A stretch of DNA of 64,000 bases, taken from contig NW_024704742.1 in assembly GCF_018977255.1 (NCBI RefSeq), positions 55,058,001-55,122,000 on the forward strand, given 5' to 3'. Positions 23,199-35,433 of the stretch are shown here, one piece after another. Numbering within the stretch: position 1 is the first letter of the stretch; every line of letters starts with the position of its first letter. This stretch comes from Callorhinchus milii. Taxonomy: Eukaryota. The translations under genes and the position numbers were made by a program. The notes beneath the pieces were generated by a model. It saw only the letters and a program-made list of their open reading frames with translations, did no database searches and was not told where the DNA came from.

Positions 23199-24462
23199 CA
23201 AAGTCCACGTATGATTGAGCTTCCCAAGTGGAAAAATCAATCCAACATGCAAAGGGAATGGTTCTGTGCCAATCCATGAACTGTATCCCATTTCTTGAGT
23301 GAATCCTTATGTGGAAACTTGGTGCAGAACTTGAAATATTTCAGTAGATCATGTTTCTCCGACAACCAGGCAACACAGTTTAAACGTTTATGTCTGTCTG
23401 CACAGTTGGTGTCCAGAAATCAATTACACATTCCTTTATGAAGCAAAACGTTCTAATACCAGAGATATGTAATGCAACTGAGTTCCTAAAGTACATGACA
23501 GTGTGACTCCCAGTTTTATAACGGGGGAGCCACAGAACATAATGCAAATTAATGATAATCTTCTATTATTTACTTAGCTGTTACCAGTAATACTTATCTG
23601 GAAGTTTGTTTGTTTGGAAACGGTGTTTGTTTGGAAACTGTAGAGTGTTTCTGATGAGAGAGAAGCTCCTCCCTCCACATAATAAAAACAGAATCAATCC
23701 CTCCACCCTTCCACAAACCTGACCTAATTCATTGAGATATGTTTGGGGGGAAGGGACTATCATTTAACATCAAATACAAGATCAGCCTTTTTTAAAATCC
23801 TGGTTGTAACCTGAGTGACAAACAAACAAAGTATCCAACAATTCACAGCTTTTGGCAGTATTGCTGTTTCAGTCTTTCACAAGCCACTTTGATGTACGTC
23901 AGGCAGCAGTTGAAATTAATGCGCTCATCAGACCCACCTTTAAGCAGTGCTTGTGGTTTCAAAAACAAGTTATGTTCTAGGGAAACTTAGGAAAACTGGA
24001 GCAGAAAGAGGCCATTCAGCCCATCAAGCCTGTTCCATCATCCCTATTGATTCCGCCTCAACAACTAGTTGAAGTAGAACATTTCATGTCTTCACAACCT
24101 TCTGCACATAATTTCTGACACTGTAAAAAAGGTGAAAGAATCAAATCCCTTTGGTGTTACTTAATTGTATTATAAACAGCTCACAGTGGGTTGACTCCTA
24201 GACAACTTATTTTTCCATATTAAAAAGGGTACATTAATAAGGACTTAACTGGGTCTCGCCCAGCCGAATAATTATTAGCTTTACGCAACAGAGATCTTGT
24301 CATTAAGTCCCAATGATCTGCTTTGTAACTGCTGTTAATGTGCTTGTTCTGTCCTGTGTACTAACCATTCATTAATTCATTAAGAAAGGGTTTTGAAACA
24401 CTTGTGCTTTGATCCTTCACCATATTATTGTGCATTTAAAATAGTTGTTTTCATTTCTGGGG

Positions 24463-24504
24463 AATAAACATACCGCATTTTTCACATTAAATAATATCAA
24501 TAAA
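24463..24504 (+). terminator. Candidate PDGFRL polyadenylation signals
   Basis: AATAAA at 24463 and 24499, followed by T/GT-rich sequence. Another AATAAA lies at 23681. Confidence 0.45.
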
Positions 24505-26307
24505 TATAAAAATCTGAGAAAATAGTCTTCAATTGTTGATAGTCATGTTTAGTTTCATTCAAATATATGATTAATTATGCCTTTAGCATTAAATCTAATG
24601 TATGAAAAAATATTAAGATGAATTTCTTAATTACCTTTTTTTTACACAACAACTTGCACCTATACAGGAGTTTTCACATTGGATGAGCATCTGGAAGCAC
24701 TTCACAAAAACGGTGAGGATCCCTGAACAGTGAGAGGGAATTTAAAGGCGTTCACCAAGGATATGGTCAAAGAGATATGTTTTAAAGGCAGTGAAAGAAA
24801 TAGCAAGGTTGCAAAAATAAGATGGCGCAAGGATTTGGAAATCAGGACAAGGATCTTGAAGTCAATCAATTGGAATACTGGGACCTCATGGAGCCTGGTG
24901 AGGACAACAGCAAACAACAATTTTTATTTATATATGCAATAAGAGTTTCAGAGTTGTAAAGCACTCTGAGACGCCAAAAACGGCAAAGTTTGATGCTGAG
25001 TCACAGAGAAATGGGAAGCGACCATAGGCATGGTCGAAGAGGAAAGTCTTCAAGTGTGATCTGAAGATTTCAGATTTGATGATTTAAGTATGGGGGGGAG
25101 GGGGGCAATGGACGTGCATAGCCTATTACGTTGAAAGCATCAATGAAGGTATTTGGTTGCAGAGTAAGTGAGAAAAGGATATAATGCAAAAGAAGAACTT
25201 CACAGGATTTCTGCCTCTAGAATATTGGTTACACCAATACTGTACAGTAGATACACATGTAAATGTATATCTTTCAGTACAAATCAGTCGTATCTGCCAC
25301 CGTGTGGCCACTTTCTGATATAACACAGAGCTTATCACACAAAGGATCTATGAGCAGCTGCTTTCTCAAAAACGCAGCAGACAGTGTATAATTTGCACAG
25401 AGCCCCAATTAATTGAAATATTCATAAGTCTTCATATGTTTTGAAGCTTTCTGCTCACACCCCCTCTCCTCTATCCACTCCCTTTGCTCAGCCAGCTCGG
25501 GCCTTTTGCAGGTCTCTCGACTTCACCGCTCCATCATCGGCGGCTATGCTTTCAACCACTATGTCCCAATCCTCTGGAATTCTCTGCCTCAATCCTTTGC
25601 CTTGCTCCCTCCTTGCCCATCTTCAGATCAGACTGGAAGACTTTCCTCTTTGATCATGTCTAGAGATACCTCCCTTTCTCGTGTGAAACTATGCCATTTC
25701 TAAGCAGGTGCTGCCCTGTGTGAAAGGTGCTATATAAATGCAACTTGTTGTGATATTACTGACCTTCCTTTTAAGTCAAAATTTCTTATTTGAAGCCATT
25801 CAAAGTGACATTTGCAATGCAAATTAATAGAATATGTAGTTTTTGAAGAATATTAAAGAAAGCAAGTTTGGTTCTCTCCATTAACAGATGTGTGTGTCTG
25901 TGGAGGGGAGGTGTACTGACCTGGTATATTTGAATTCAGTGGAAAAATGCTATTGGGTACATTATGTCAATTTACACTCACTTCACAGATTCTTTACGCC
26001 TGATGTGAGATGCTTCTACAAACAGGTCCCCAGTTGGCTTCACATTTTTACTTTAGAAACTAAACGAGCACATAATTAATGCTGTTCTATTAATCCAGTG
26101 TTTTACAATGAATTTTATCACCAGCAGTAAATTAAGATAACCGATGGTAGACTTAGTCAGACGATACTGACCATTTAAAATAAGCTGTTTTACTTACCAC
26201 TCTCAGTTTAGAGGAAACTGCTGTTACATGATAATGACAATAAAAATATATCTTGTACCAACTAAACATATAGCGTGGGCTAACATTCCAGTGCAGTGGT
26301 GGGGCTC

Positions 26308-27360
26308 ATAGAATCATACAGCACAGAAAGAGGCCATTCGGCCCATCATGTCTGTGCCAGCTCCAAAAAGAGTAATTCAACTAAATCCCACTGGCCCACT
26401 TTCTCTCCATAGCCCTGCAATCCTGAAATACCCATCTACTTCTCTCTTAAAAGTTGTTATTGAATCGGCTTCCACTACCCTTTCAGGTAATGCATTCCAG
26501 ATCCAAACAACTCGCTGGGTTAAAGAATTTTCCTAACCTCGCCTCTGTTTCTTTTAACAACTATCTTAAATCGATGTGCTCGGGTTACTGACCCACATGC
26601 CAGTGGAAACAGTTTTTCCCAGTTCAACCTATCAAATCCTCTCATGATCTTGAAAACCTCTATTAAATCCCCTCTTAATCTTCTCTGCTCTAGGGAGAAT
26701 AATCCTAGTTTCGCTAACCTCTCCTCATAACTAAGGTTCTTCATTCCTGGTACCATCCTGGTAAACCTCCTTTGCACCCTCTACAATGCCCTAACATCTT
26801 TCCTAAAGTGCGGTGCCCAGAACTGAACGCAGTACTCCAACTGAGGCCTAACCGGCATTTTATAAGTATTCAACTTAACCTCCTGACTTTTGAATTCTAT
26901 GCCCCTATTTATAAAACCTAGTTTTATGCTTTTATCCCGTATGCTTATTTAACAGCTTTATCTACCTGTCCTGCCACCTTCAGAGATTTGCTCTCTGTTC
27001 ATTCCCCTATAAGATTGTACCATCAGCTTATGCTGCCTCTCCTTGTTCTTCCTACCAAAATGCAGCACTTTGCATTTCTCCACATTAAACCTCATCTGCC
27101 ACGTTTCTGCCCATTTTACCAATCTGTCTAAGTCCTCTTGGAGTCTGGTGCTATCCTCCTCACCATTAACTACTTTTTCTAGCTTAGTATCATCTGCAAA
27201 TTTGGAAATTATGTTCCCTATATCCAGATCCAGATCATTAATATAGATCAGAAAGAGCAGTGGTCCCAATACCGACACCTGAGGGACACCAATACACACC
27301 TCCCTCCAGTCAGAAAAGCAACCGTTTACTACCACTCTCTGCTTTCTGTCTCCCAGCCAA
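26308..27360 (-). mobile_element. CR1 LINE 3' fragment
   Basis: KFADDTKL, QRRFTRMVPG..LSYEERL..LGLFSLEQRRLRGDLIEVFKI, and the typical CR1 3' end. Confidence 0.92.
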
Positions 27361-27364
27361 GGAT

Positions 27365-27635
27365 TTGCTGCATTGTTCGAGGTGCTGTCCTTCAGATGAG
27401 ATATTAAAACAAGGTTCCATCTGTCTGTTCAGATGTGCAGTAAAGATCCCATAGTACACTTTAAGGGAGTTTCTCCCAGTGTCCTCGTGAACAATCCTCA
27501 AATAACATTGATTATTGACTTCATAGCTGTTTGTGAGGCATTACTGTGCACAAATTGGCTGCCATGTTTGCTCACAAAACACAGTCATTGTACTTTACAG
27601 TAAATCCTATGAAGCCTTTTGGGAAGTCCTCCCGC
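27365..27635 (+). mobile_element. Ancient Deu-domain SINE (other decayed copies ~13290-13570 -, ~29170-29425 -, ~34060-34425 +, ~55125-55470 -)
   Basis: GAGGTGCTGTCCTTCAGATGAGATATTAAAACAAGG...GTAAAGATCCCAT matches the recalled DeuSINE central domain. Confidence 0.75.
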
Positions 27636-27750
27636 TAATTTATGAGTGTTAGTTTAGTGTCAGCCCTTAATAATTAATATTTTTTTTGCATGTGAAAGGC
27701 GCTATACAGGAAAAATTGAGGTTTTTCTTATTTAATGTTGGTGCAAGCTA

Positions 27751-27765
27751 CCACTAGGTGGCAGC
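27751..27765 (+). promoter_or_regulatory. Candidate CTCF site
   Basis: CCACTAGGTGGCAGC fits the CCASYAGRKGGCRS consensus exactly, in unique sequence. Confidence 0.6.
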
Positions 27766-28087
27766 ACACCCCTCCAGGTAAGTGGTTCACAAGGTCAATT
27801 TGGATGAAGAAAGGCCTTACGCTCATTTGATTGTTTGTTTATCAGCCCCCAGCGTCTGCCTTTTTGAAATGAAGGTAGGCGATTTTTATTTTGTGAAGCT
27901 CATGTCTCACCTCGAGTTTTTATTTCAGATTTCCAGCATCCGCAGATTTTGCCTTTAGATTTAGGTTCTGCTCAATATCAACTTGGTATTTTTGGTAGGA
28001 GGGGGTTGGGGCTGTAGGTCTCCTCTTGCCTGTACGCTCTCTGACACCTTCATGCACATCAAGTACATATCTATCATCTGTATAGGG

Positions 28088-28404
28088 TAATAATATAATA
28101 ATAATAATCTTTGCATTTAATATAGGGCTTTTCAGGTCGTCTCGATGTCTCAAAGCGCTTCACAGAATATGCTGTAAAGTAAATTGACAGTATATTTGTG
28201 GGCGAAACGCGGCAGCCAATTGCGCATAGAAGTGTCCCACAGACAATCGTGGATTGAAAATGACCAATTTATTATTGTTTTTTGTTGAGGGATTATTAGG
28301 CGTGTGGAGTAAGGAAACTTGCCCAAGGTTTCGCCCTGCCTGGAATTGAATCCAGGTGTCTCCCTTGCAAGGGAAGTGCTCTAACTACTGAGCTACAGGA
28401 CTCC
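28088..28404 (-). mobile_element. tRNA-derived SINE (short form)
   Basis: Same family. Confidence 0.9.
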
Positions 28405-28615
28405 ACAAATAATCCTTGCATTTGATATAGCACCGTATCACATCATTGAGACATCTTAAATCGCTTTACAAAATATACTGTAAAATCAATTGACTGTATA
28501 TTTTGTGAGCGAATTACCAAATTATTTTTGGAGGGATTACTTTTTGAAGGGTGAAGGAAGCAATTATTGGATGTACCAGAGCAGAGGAGCAGCCATTGAG
28601 AGTTTGAAATGCACC

Positions 28616-28769
28616 GATTTAGGTTCTGACGAAAGGTCATCGACCTGAAATGTTAACTGATTTTCCTCCCTACATTGATGCTGCCTGAACTGCTGAGTGT
28701 TCCCAGCGACTTCTGTTTCTATTTTAGATTTCCAGCATTTGCAGATTTTGCCTTCAGATTTAGGTTCTG
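28616..28769 (+). mobile_element. Short Penelope-type terminal unit with a hammerhead-like core, bounded by a 13-bp direct repeat
   Basis: GGTT-CTGACGA-A-AGGTC-ATC-GACCT-GAAA-TGTT-AACT. GATTTAGGTTCTG at 28616 and 28757. The body is homologous to the arms at 8030-8255. Confidence 0.75.
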
Positions 28770-30915
28770 TTCAATATCAGTTTGGATCTTTGATAGGAGG
28801 GGGTTCAGGTGGGGCTGTAGGTCTCCTCTTGACAGTATATGTTCTCTACTAGCTGTTAGTGTTCTGTAATCTAGTATTTCTCCTTTAACCCTGTACACCA
28901 TCCCCACTCGTGTGTGATTCCTTGTTGGTCTTTTATTGTTTAGTTTGGCTTAAATGTACTGATTATATCAGGTCTTTATTGGGAAATACAACACAATATT
29001 ATCCTTGTTTTTCAAAAACATAAAACCTCATGCACATCAACTCGCTTTCTCACTCATTGTGATCTATTTGGCAACTAAACTTGATTTGTTACTTTTCTCT
29101 CCTTTATCATCAATCCAAGAAAGGAGGGTGGGGGGGGGGGGGTGGGAGAGACAGACAGACATCTTGCACAATTTTATCTGGAGGATTGTCACCAGAAGAT
29201 CGTGAGAAACTCTCTGATCTCTGCTGTTTATGAAATACGATCTTTACAGTCCAACTGAACTGTCAGATGGGATTTTGGCTTAACATCTCATCTGAAGGAA
29301 GCCACCTCGAACATTGCGGGGCTCCACAAGCACTGCACTGGAGGGTCACTGGAGGGTAAACTGAAGAGTCCCAACATGTAGCTTGATACCGTAATCTACT
29401 CACTCAGAGGCAAGAGTGTTACAGACTATCCCAGGCTGATGCCATGAGATCTCAAAAAATAGCCGTAGTCTGAGAATAATCAAATGTTTAGCAATTGAAG
29501 ACCACAGTTTTTGCCCAAGGTATTTTGCTAATGAGTTATGCATTTGTCAACTATCCAATTTATTTTGTCTTTGAAATGTGTGTGAAAAGTTTTGACTTAA
29601 ATGTAAGTCTTCTGAAGCAATTCATCATTATGCACACAATGGACTAATTACTGTCACAAGGAGGAATTTCTGATAACTTGTATTTTCAGCTAAATGTGTT
29701 TCTTGCTAGTAAAATAAGATGGTATGGACATAGGAGCATAGATGAAACCTATAAAACTACACATCTAGACCAATGAGGTCAGAATAAAGGAACATGAACG
29801 ATCATAATGTTTTACACACTTTGAGAGTTGTACTCCAATTATTCTTAGTCATTTAATATACAGTATTTTACATTATTTTACTAAGTCGGTGACACAAATT
29901 TATGATAATCATAAAAGGAATTAAAGGGGAGGCTTGAAACATCTCATTACACAGAAGGTGGCTGGTTATGTGGAATTCTTTGCTGTAACAGCTGCCACAT
30001 ATACAATATATATATTTTGGTAAAAAGTCTGTGTAGAAACTGTTAATATTTCTTGCATAGTGTCCACCTGGCAGTGCAATTATTAAAACGTAGGAATACA
30101 TTTCAATATCATTGCCTTACAGGTAAGTGTCTCAGTGGAGAAAGCTATCCTTGCATTCCTTAACCTACCCGCTGGAGACACATACCAATTCCCATCACCA
30201 AAGTGTTTTTGTGCCATTCAATTTCTGTAATATTTAAAGTGATAATGAGTTCCAAGCTTAGCAATTTTAATTATCTCCATGACAAGTTAAAGCATTGGCT
30301 TTTGAGCCCTTCTCTGGTTGCTAACTATGTTGCCAAACACCAAGAGAGAGAAAATGCCTCGGGTATCATAATAAATAGTAGATCTATGTCAGTGCTCATA
30401 ATGGTCCTCATTACAATAAGAACAAAGACGTCACATTGTATTTGACACTCTATACCCAGCATACTTAATAGCAAAACTGTGGAATTTGAAATTTGTTCCA
30501 AACACTAGAGATTGAAATTTGGATCTTCCTGACCTATCTGTCTGTCTCAAATACATATTATCTATATCAGTTGCATTTACCACTGAGCTATTATAGATGA
30601 TTGGTAGTTACTTATTAAAACGTTGAATGTTGAAAATATCAAACACAGTTTAATATCTCTACCATTTACAGTCAGATTAACTTAATACATTTAACATTGA
30701 AGTATCATTACAAACACACCAAATAGTTTAGTGAGTAAATGTACCATTTGATATGGAGCCAGGCAATTGAAGAGGATCTATTTTGAATCCCTGGCCTTTG
30801 ATGAATTAACTGATCTCAGTCAAGCTGTGCAAGCAAGGGTTCCTGCTCCAAATTGATAACCCAGTGGCACGTCCCAAAAAGTGCATGCGTTTGTCTGAAT
30901 GGAACCAAATTATCA

Positions 30916-33240
30916 ACAACAACAACAACAAAATTACATTTGTATAGCGTCTTTCACGTCGGGAGGACGTCCCAAGGCGCTGGAAAGTGTACAGCATTTC
31001 AGAACCGAGCTGGGGTCAAGAGGGGAGAAGAGAGGGGAGGGGAAGGCGGGTGGCCGATGGCATGAACGAAAAGGAGGGTCTTGAGGCAGGACTTGAAGGA
31101 GGCTAAGGAGGGGGCGAGGCGGAGTGACTGGGGGATGGAATTCCAGAGGTTGAGGGCAGAGTGACTGAAACCTCTCACGCCAATGGTGGGGCGGGTGGGT
31201 CGGGGGACGTGGAGCAGGCTGGAGCTGGCCGAGCGGAGGGAACGGGCGGGTTGGTAGGGGGTGAGGAGGTCGCAGAGGTAGGGTGAGGCGAGACCATTGA
31301 GGGCTTTGTAGGTGAGAACCAGTATCTTGAACTGGATCCTCTGAAGGACAGGGAGCCAATGGAGTCGGGTGAGAATGGGGGAGATGGGGTCACGGACTTT
31401 GGTGCAGGAGAGGATACGGGCTGCAGAGTTCTGGATTATCTGCAGCCTGTGGAGGGAGGAGTTGGGAAGGCCGACAAGCAGGATGTTTGCATAGTCGAGC
31501 CTGGAGGTTATGAAGGAATGAACAAGAGTTTCAGTGGCCTGAGGGGTGAGGTAATGGCGGAGTCGGGTGATGTTATGGAGGTGAGGCAAGGCAGAGCGGG
31601 TCATGGCTTGGATGTGGGGAAGAAAGGACAGTTGAGGGTCAAACAAGACACTTAAGTTCCTGACTGGCTGGTGAGTTGTAGTGAGCAACCATGGAGGTTG
31701 ATGTTGCCAGAGCCTGAGGTGCTGAGGCACTGGCGTGAGCCAATCAGGAGGGCCTCAGTCTTGTTCACATTCAACTGTAGGAAATTTGCCCTCATCCAGG
31801 ACTTGATGTCCGACAGACAGTCTGTCAGGACAGCAGCGGTCCTGGGGTTGAGGGTGGAGGCAGAAAGATAGAGTTGGGTGTCATCCGTATACATATGGAA
31901 GTTGACCCCAAGTGTGCGGATGATGTCACCAAGGGGGAGCATGTAGATATTAAAGGGGAGAGGGCCAAGGACAGAGCCCTGGGGGGCGCCAGATGTGACA
32001 GTGCTGGGGCTGGAGGAGAAACCGTTAGAGGCAACGAAGTGGAGATGGAGAGAGAGATAGGAATCGAACCAGGCAAGGGCAGGTCCATGAAGATTGAATA
32101 AAGCAGAGAGGTGGTGTATGAGGATGGAGTGGTCGACAGTCTTGAAGGCAGCAGAGAGGTCGGCAGGGACAAGGATGCAGTGGGAGCCCTGATCACAGAT
32201 GGTCAGAATGTCATTAGTGACTTTGACCAGGGCTGTTTCCATGCTGTGGGCAGCATGGAAGCTGGATTGGAGGGCTGCAAAGAGGAAATGGCGAGAAAGA
32301 AAGGAGCGGAGCTGGGACGCGACGACTCATTCCAGGACCTTGGAGAGGAATGGGAGGTTAGAGATGGGGTGGTAGCTGGAGATGAGGAATTGTCCAGGGA
32401 AGGTTTTTTCAAGATGGGGGTGATGACGGCTATTTTTAGGGGGTTGGAAACCGAACCGGTGGACAAGGAGAGGTTGATGATGTTGGACAGGAGAGAGGCC
32501 AGAAGGTGGAATTGGGAGATGAGGAGAGAGGTGGGGATGGGATCAAGGGAGCAGGTGGTGGGTTTGAGTTTGCGGACAGTCGTGGTGAGGGAGGAGGGAA
32601 AGATAGGGTCGAAGGAGTGTAGGGGGGGGATGGGTGGGGTCATGATGGAGAGGTGATGTGCGGGTTGCTGTTGATGGGGCTGAGGTGGCTGAATGTATCC
32701 CCTCGATTTTAAATTTGAGGAAGTCCAGCATCTCCTTACAGTTGGAGTTTGAGGAGAGGATGGGCGAGGCATGGGAAGGTGGACGGAAGAGGCGGTTTGT
32801 GGTGGAAAAGAAAAGTCTGGGGTTGTCCTTTGCCTCCAAAATAACCTTAGAGTAGAAGAAGGATTTGGCATAGGCAAGAGGGCAGTGATGGGTCTGATGT
32901 GGTGAAATCAAATCTGCCGATGGACCATTTGTTTGGATTTGGTCCAGGCGCGTTCAGCAGCTCGCACTTTTGCCTTAAGATAATGGAGATGGCTGGTGTA
33001 CCATGGGGATTTACGGGAGTATGAGGCAGTTCAGGAGGTGAGCAAGGGAGTCCAGAATGGAGGAGAGGGAGTTGTGGAGAGAAGAGCGTGAGGAGGGGAG
33101 GTCAGTCAGTGAGGGCCAGAGGTGTAGGAGTTTGGATGATTCCAGGGCAGTGGAGAGGGAGAGGGAGGAAATTTTTTTCCATGGATGTATGTGATGGTGG
33201 AGGATTGGGGAAGGGGTACTGAGGTGTTGAAGGAGATGAA
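30916..33240 (-). mobile_element. Older L2 LINE copy with frameshifts
   Basis: Fragmented ORF2 ([31 protein letters not shown]) and tail at 30916. Confidence 0.93.
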
Positions 33241-35112
33241 CCTTAAGATCATAGAGTAGACCTAAAAAGAGAATTGGTTTCTTCAGATTAGGATGTACCC
33301 ACAATTAAAGTATAATATTACAATCTTAAGTGTGCATTTCTCATATAGCCTCTCCTAACCTTCCCATTTGCTTGTCTACGAACTGTCTTAAATCCCCACT
33401 ATAACACTCGCTCCCTGCAGCCTCCTGCTCGTTCCTCGTCCCCTCCACTCCACCATCGACGACCGTGCTTTCAGCACCATGCCCTGAAACTTTGGAACGC
33501 TCTCAGTCAAGCCTTCCGCCTTGCCCCTTTCTTTTCCTTTTTCAGATCACACCTGAATACCATCCTCTTCGACTGTGCTTATGGTCACCTCCTTCCTCCC
33601 TCCAGCTCGGCGTCAGGCTCCACCACTCCAAGATACTACCCTACATGCCGGGTGCTATATATTCTAAACTATATCAGGTTGATGGGGAGGTTGGGGGAAA
33701 ATCGCCCTGTGCCACGTTGCTATCAATCAGACCTCCAGTGCCTGGATTTTAGCCTCTCTGCACTCCACCCCTCCTGATACTAACCTCCAAAGATTTTCTC
33801 GACTGTCCATTTCTTTGGGATGTCCTCCCAACATGAAAGGTGCTACATAAATGTAATTTGGTTGTTGGTGGATTGAAACTGGACAAATAAAAGATGTCAG
33901 AGGTGCGAAAGTGACAACAAAGTGAAGGAGTGGGTCAGGCAAAAAGGCACTGACATCATGATCAATGTTTGTGAGGACGCAATGGCAAGCCATCTGTACT
34001 CACAGAAAATCACATGGGGGGGTTACATGAGGAAATGGTGGCTGCATTTAAGACATGCTGTCTTAGATTATGTGATTCCAAGTCCTGACGGTGGGACTTG
34101 GAAATCCTATAATGTAAGTCGACACTCCAATGTAGTGCTGGGGGGGGTTGTTGCATTGTCGGGGGTGCCATTCTTTGGAATGAGACATTAAATCGAGTTC
34201 CCGTTTACTTTTTCAGGTGGATGGTAAATATCCTATGCCACTGTTTGAAAAGAAAATGGTGTACAGGCCAACAATCCCACAAAATAAAAAAGGCTGATTA
34301 TAGGACATTGCTGTGTGCAACTAGATTGCCGATTTGCCGCAAATTTACAGTGTATATCCTATGAAATACTTTGGGACATCCTCCCAACATGAAAACTGCT
34401 AAACTAAATGCAAAAATGTATTATTTGTGTCAAAAGCCACATCTGAGTACTCATTTATTAACATTCCAAAACAGTAACGTGCATTTAGTATTCGCTAGTC
34501 TAAGAGAATGCTAACTGCTCTGTTCAACACCACAGCACTGTGATTTTTCAATTTTTGTAATAACAGAAACAGAGCAAACCGTATTACCTCACACAGAAAA
34601 AGCTAGTCCCATCACAAAACACTCCAGATCATTTCTGCAGGGTGACAGGCACTACTTAGAATATAATGGGTGGAAGGAAGTGGGTTGACCTTAGTCTACA
34701 AATTAATGGATACAAACCAATAAAATCATTGCTGTAAGTGATGCTTGCCAGCTGAAAAAAATGTTTGTTCTTTCTCCATTAAAGCACTCCAAATATCAAC
34801 ACTTCTCTATATAAATTACATACAAACCTCTATTTCAGAGGAGGTCCAAGACCCTGTGGTCTGTTAAATTGGCACTTCAACTGTGAAGAGCTCAAACCAT
34901 TTATTCTTCAAAAACATCAATTTTAAGGTGTAAAGGGAAGGAATTTTGAAAGTGAATTAATTTGCTGTTAATATTTAGCAATGATATTTTGATATTCAAT
35001 AATATTCAAATCCCAAACCCGGTTGTTCAAGTGCAGATGGCACAAAACCGGCCTCACGGTTCACCGCCAGCTGTGGCTCAAGCATCTTCATACCTACCAG
35101 CATACATATACT

Positions 35113-35433
35113 GGAGTCCTGTAGCTCAGTGGTTAGAGCACTCGCCTCGCAAGCGAGAGACCTGGGTTCGATTACCAGCAGGGCAAAACCTTGGGCAAGT
35201 TTCCTTGCTCCACACTCCTGATAATAATCCCTCAAGAAAAAAACACCATAAAAATTTGGTCACTCAATCCACGACTGTTTGTGGGACATTGCTGTGCACA
35301 ATTGGCTGCCAAGTTCGCCCACAAATATACAGTCAATTCACTTTACAGTGTGTTCTGTGAAGCGCTTCGGGACGTCCTCCCGACGTGAAAAGCGTTATAT
35401 CAAATGCAAGGATTATTATTATTATTATTATTA
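35113..35433 (+). mobile_element. tRNA-derived SINE (short form), young copy
   Basis: GGAGTCCTGTAGCTCAGTGGTTAGAGC...GGTTCGATT...GGGACGTCCTCCCGACGTGAAA...(ATT)n. Confidence 0.92.

Noticed and set aside
35113..35185. tRNA-like heads (also at 7745, 14488, 21966, 28404)
   Set aside because: They have A/B boxes but no complete acceptor stem, continue into a SINE body and L2-type tail, and are multi-copy and diverged.
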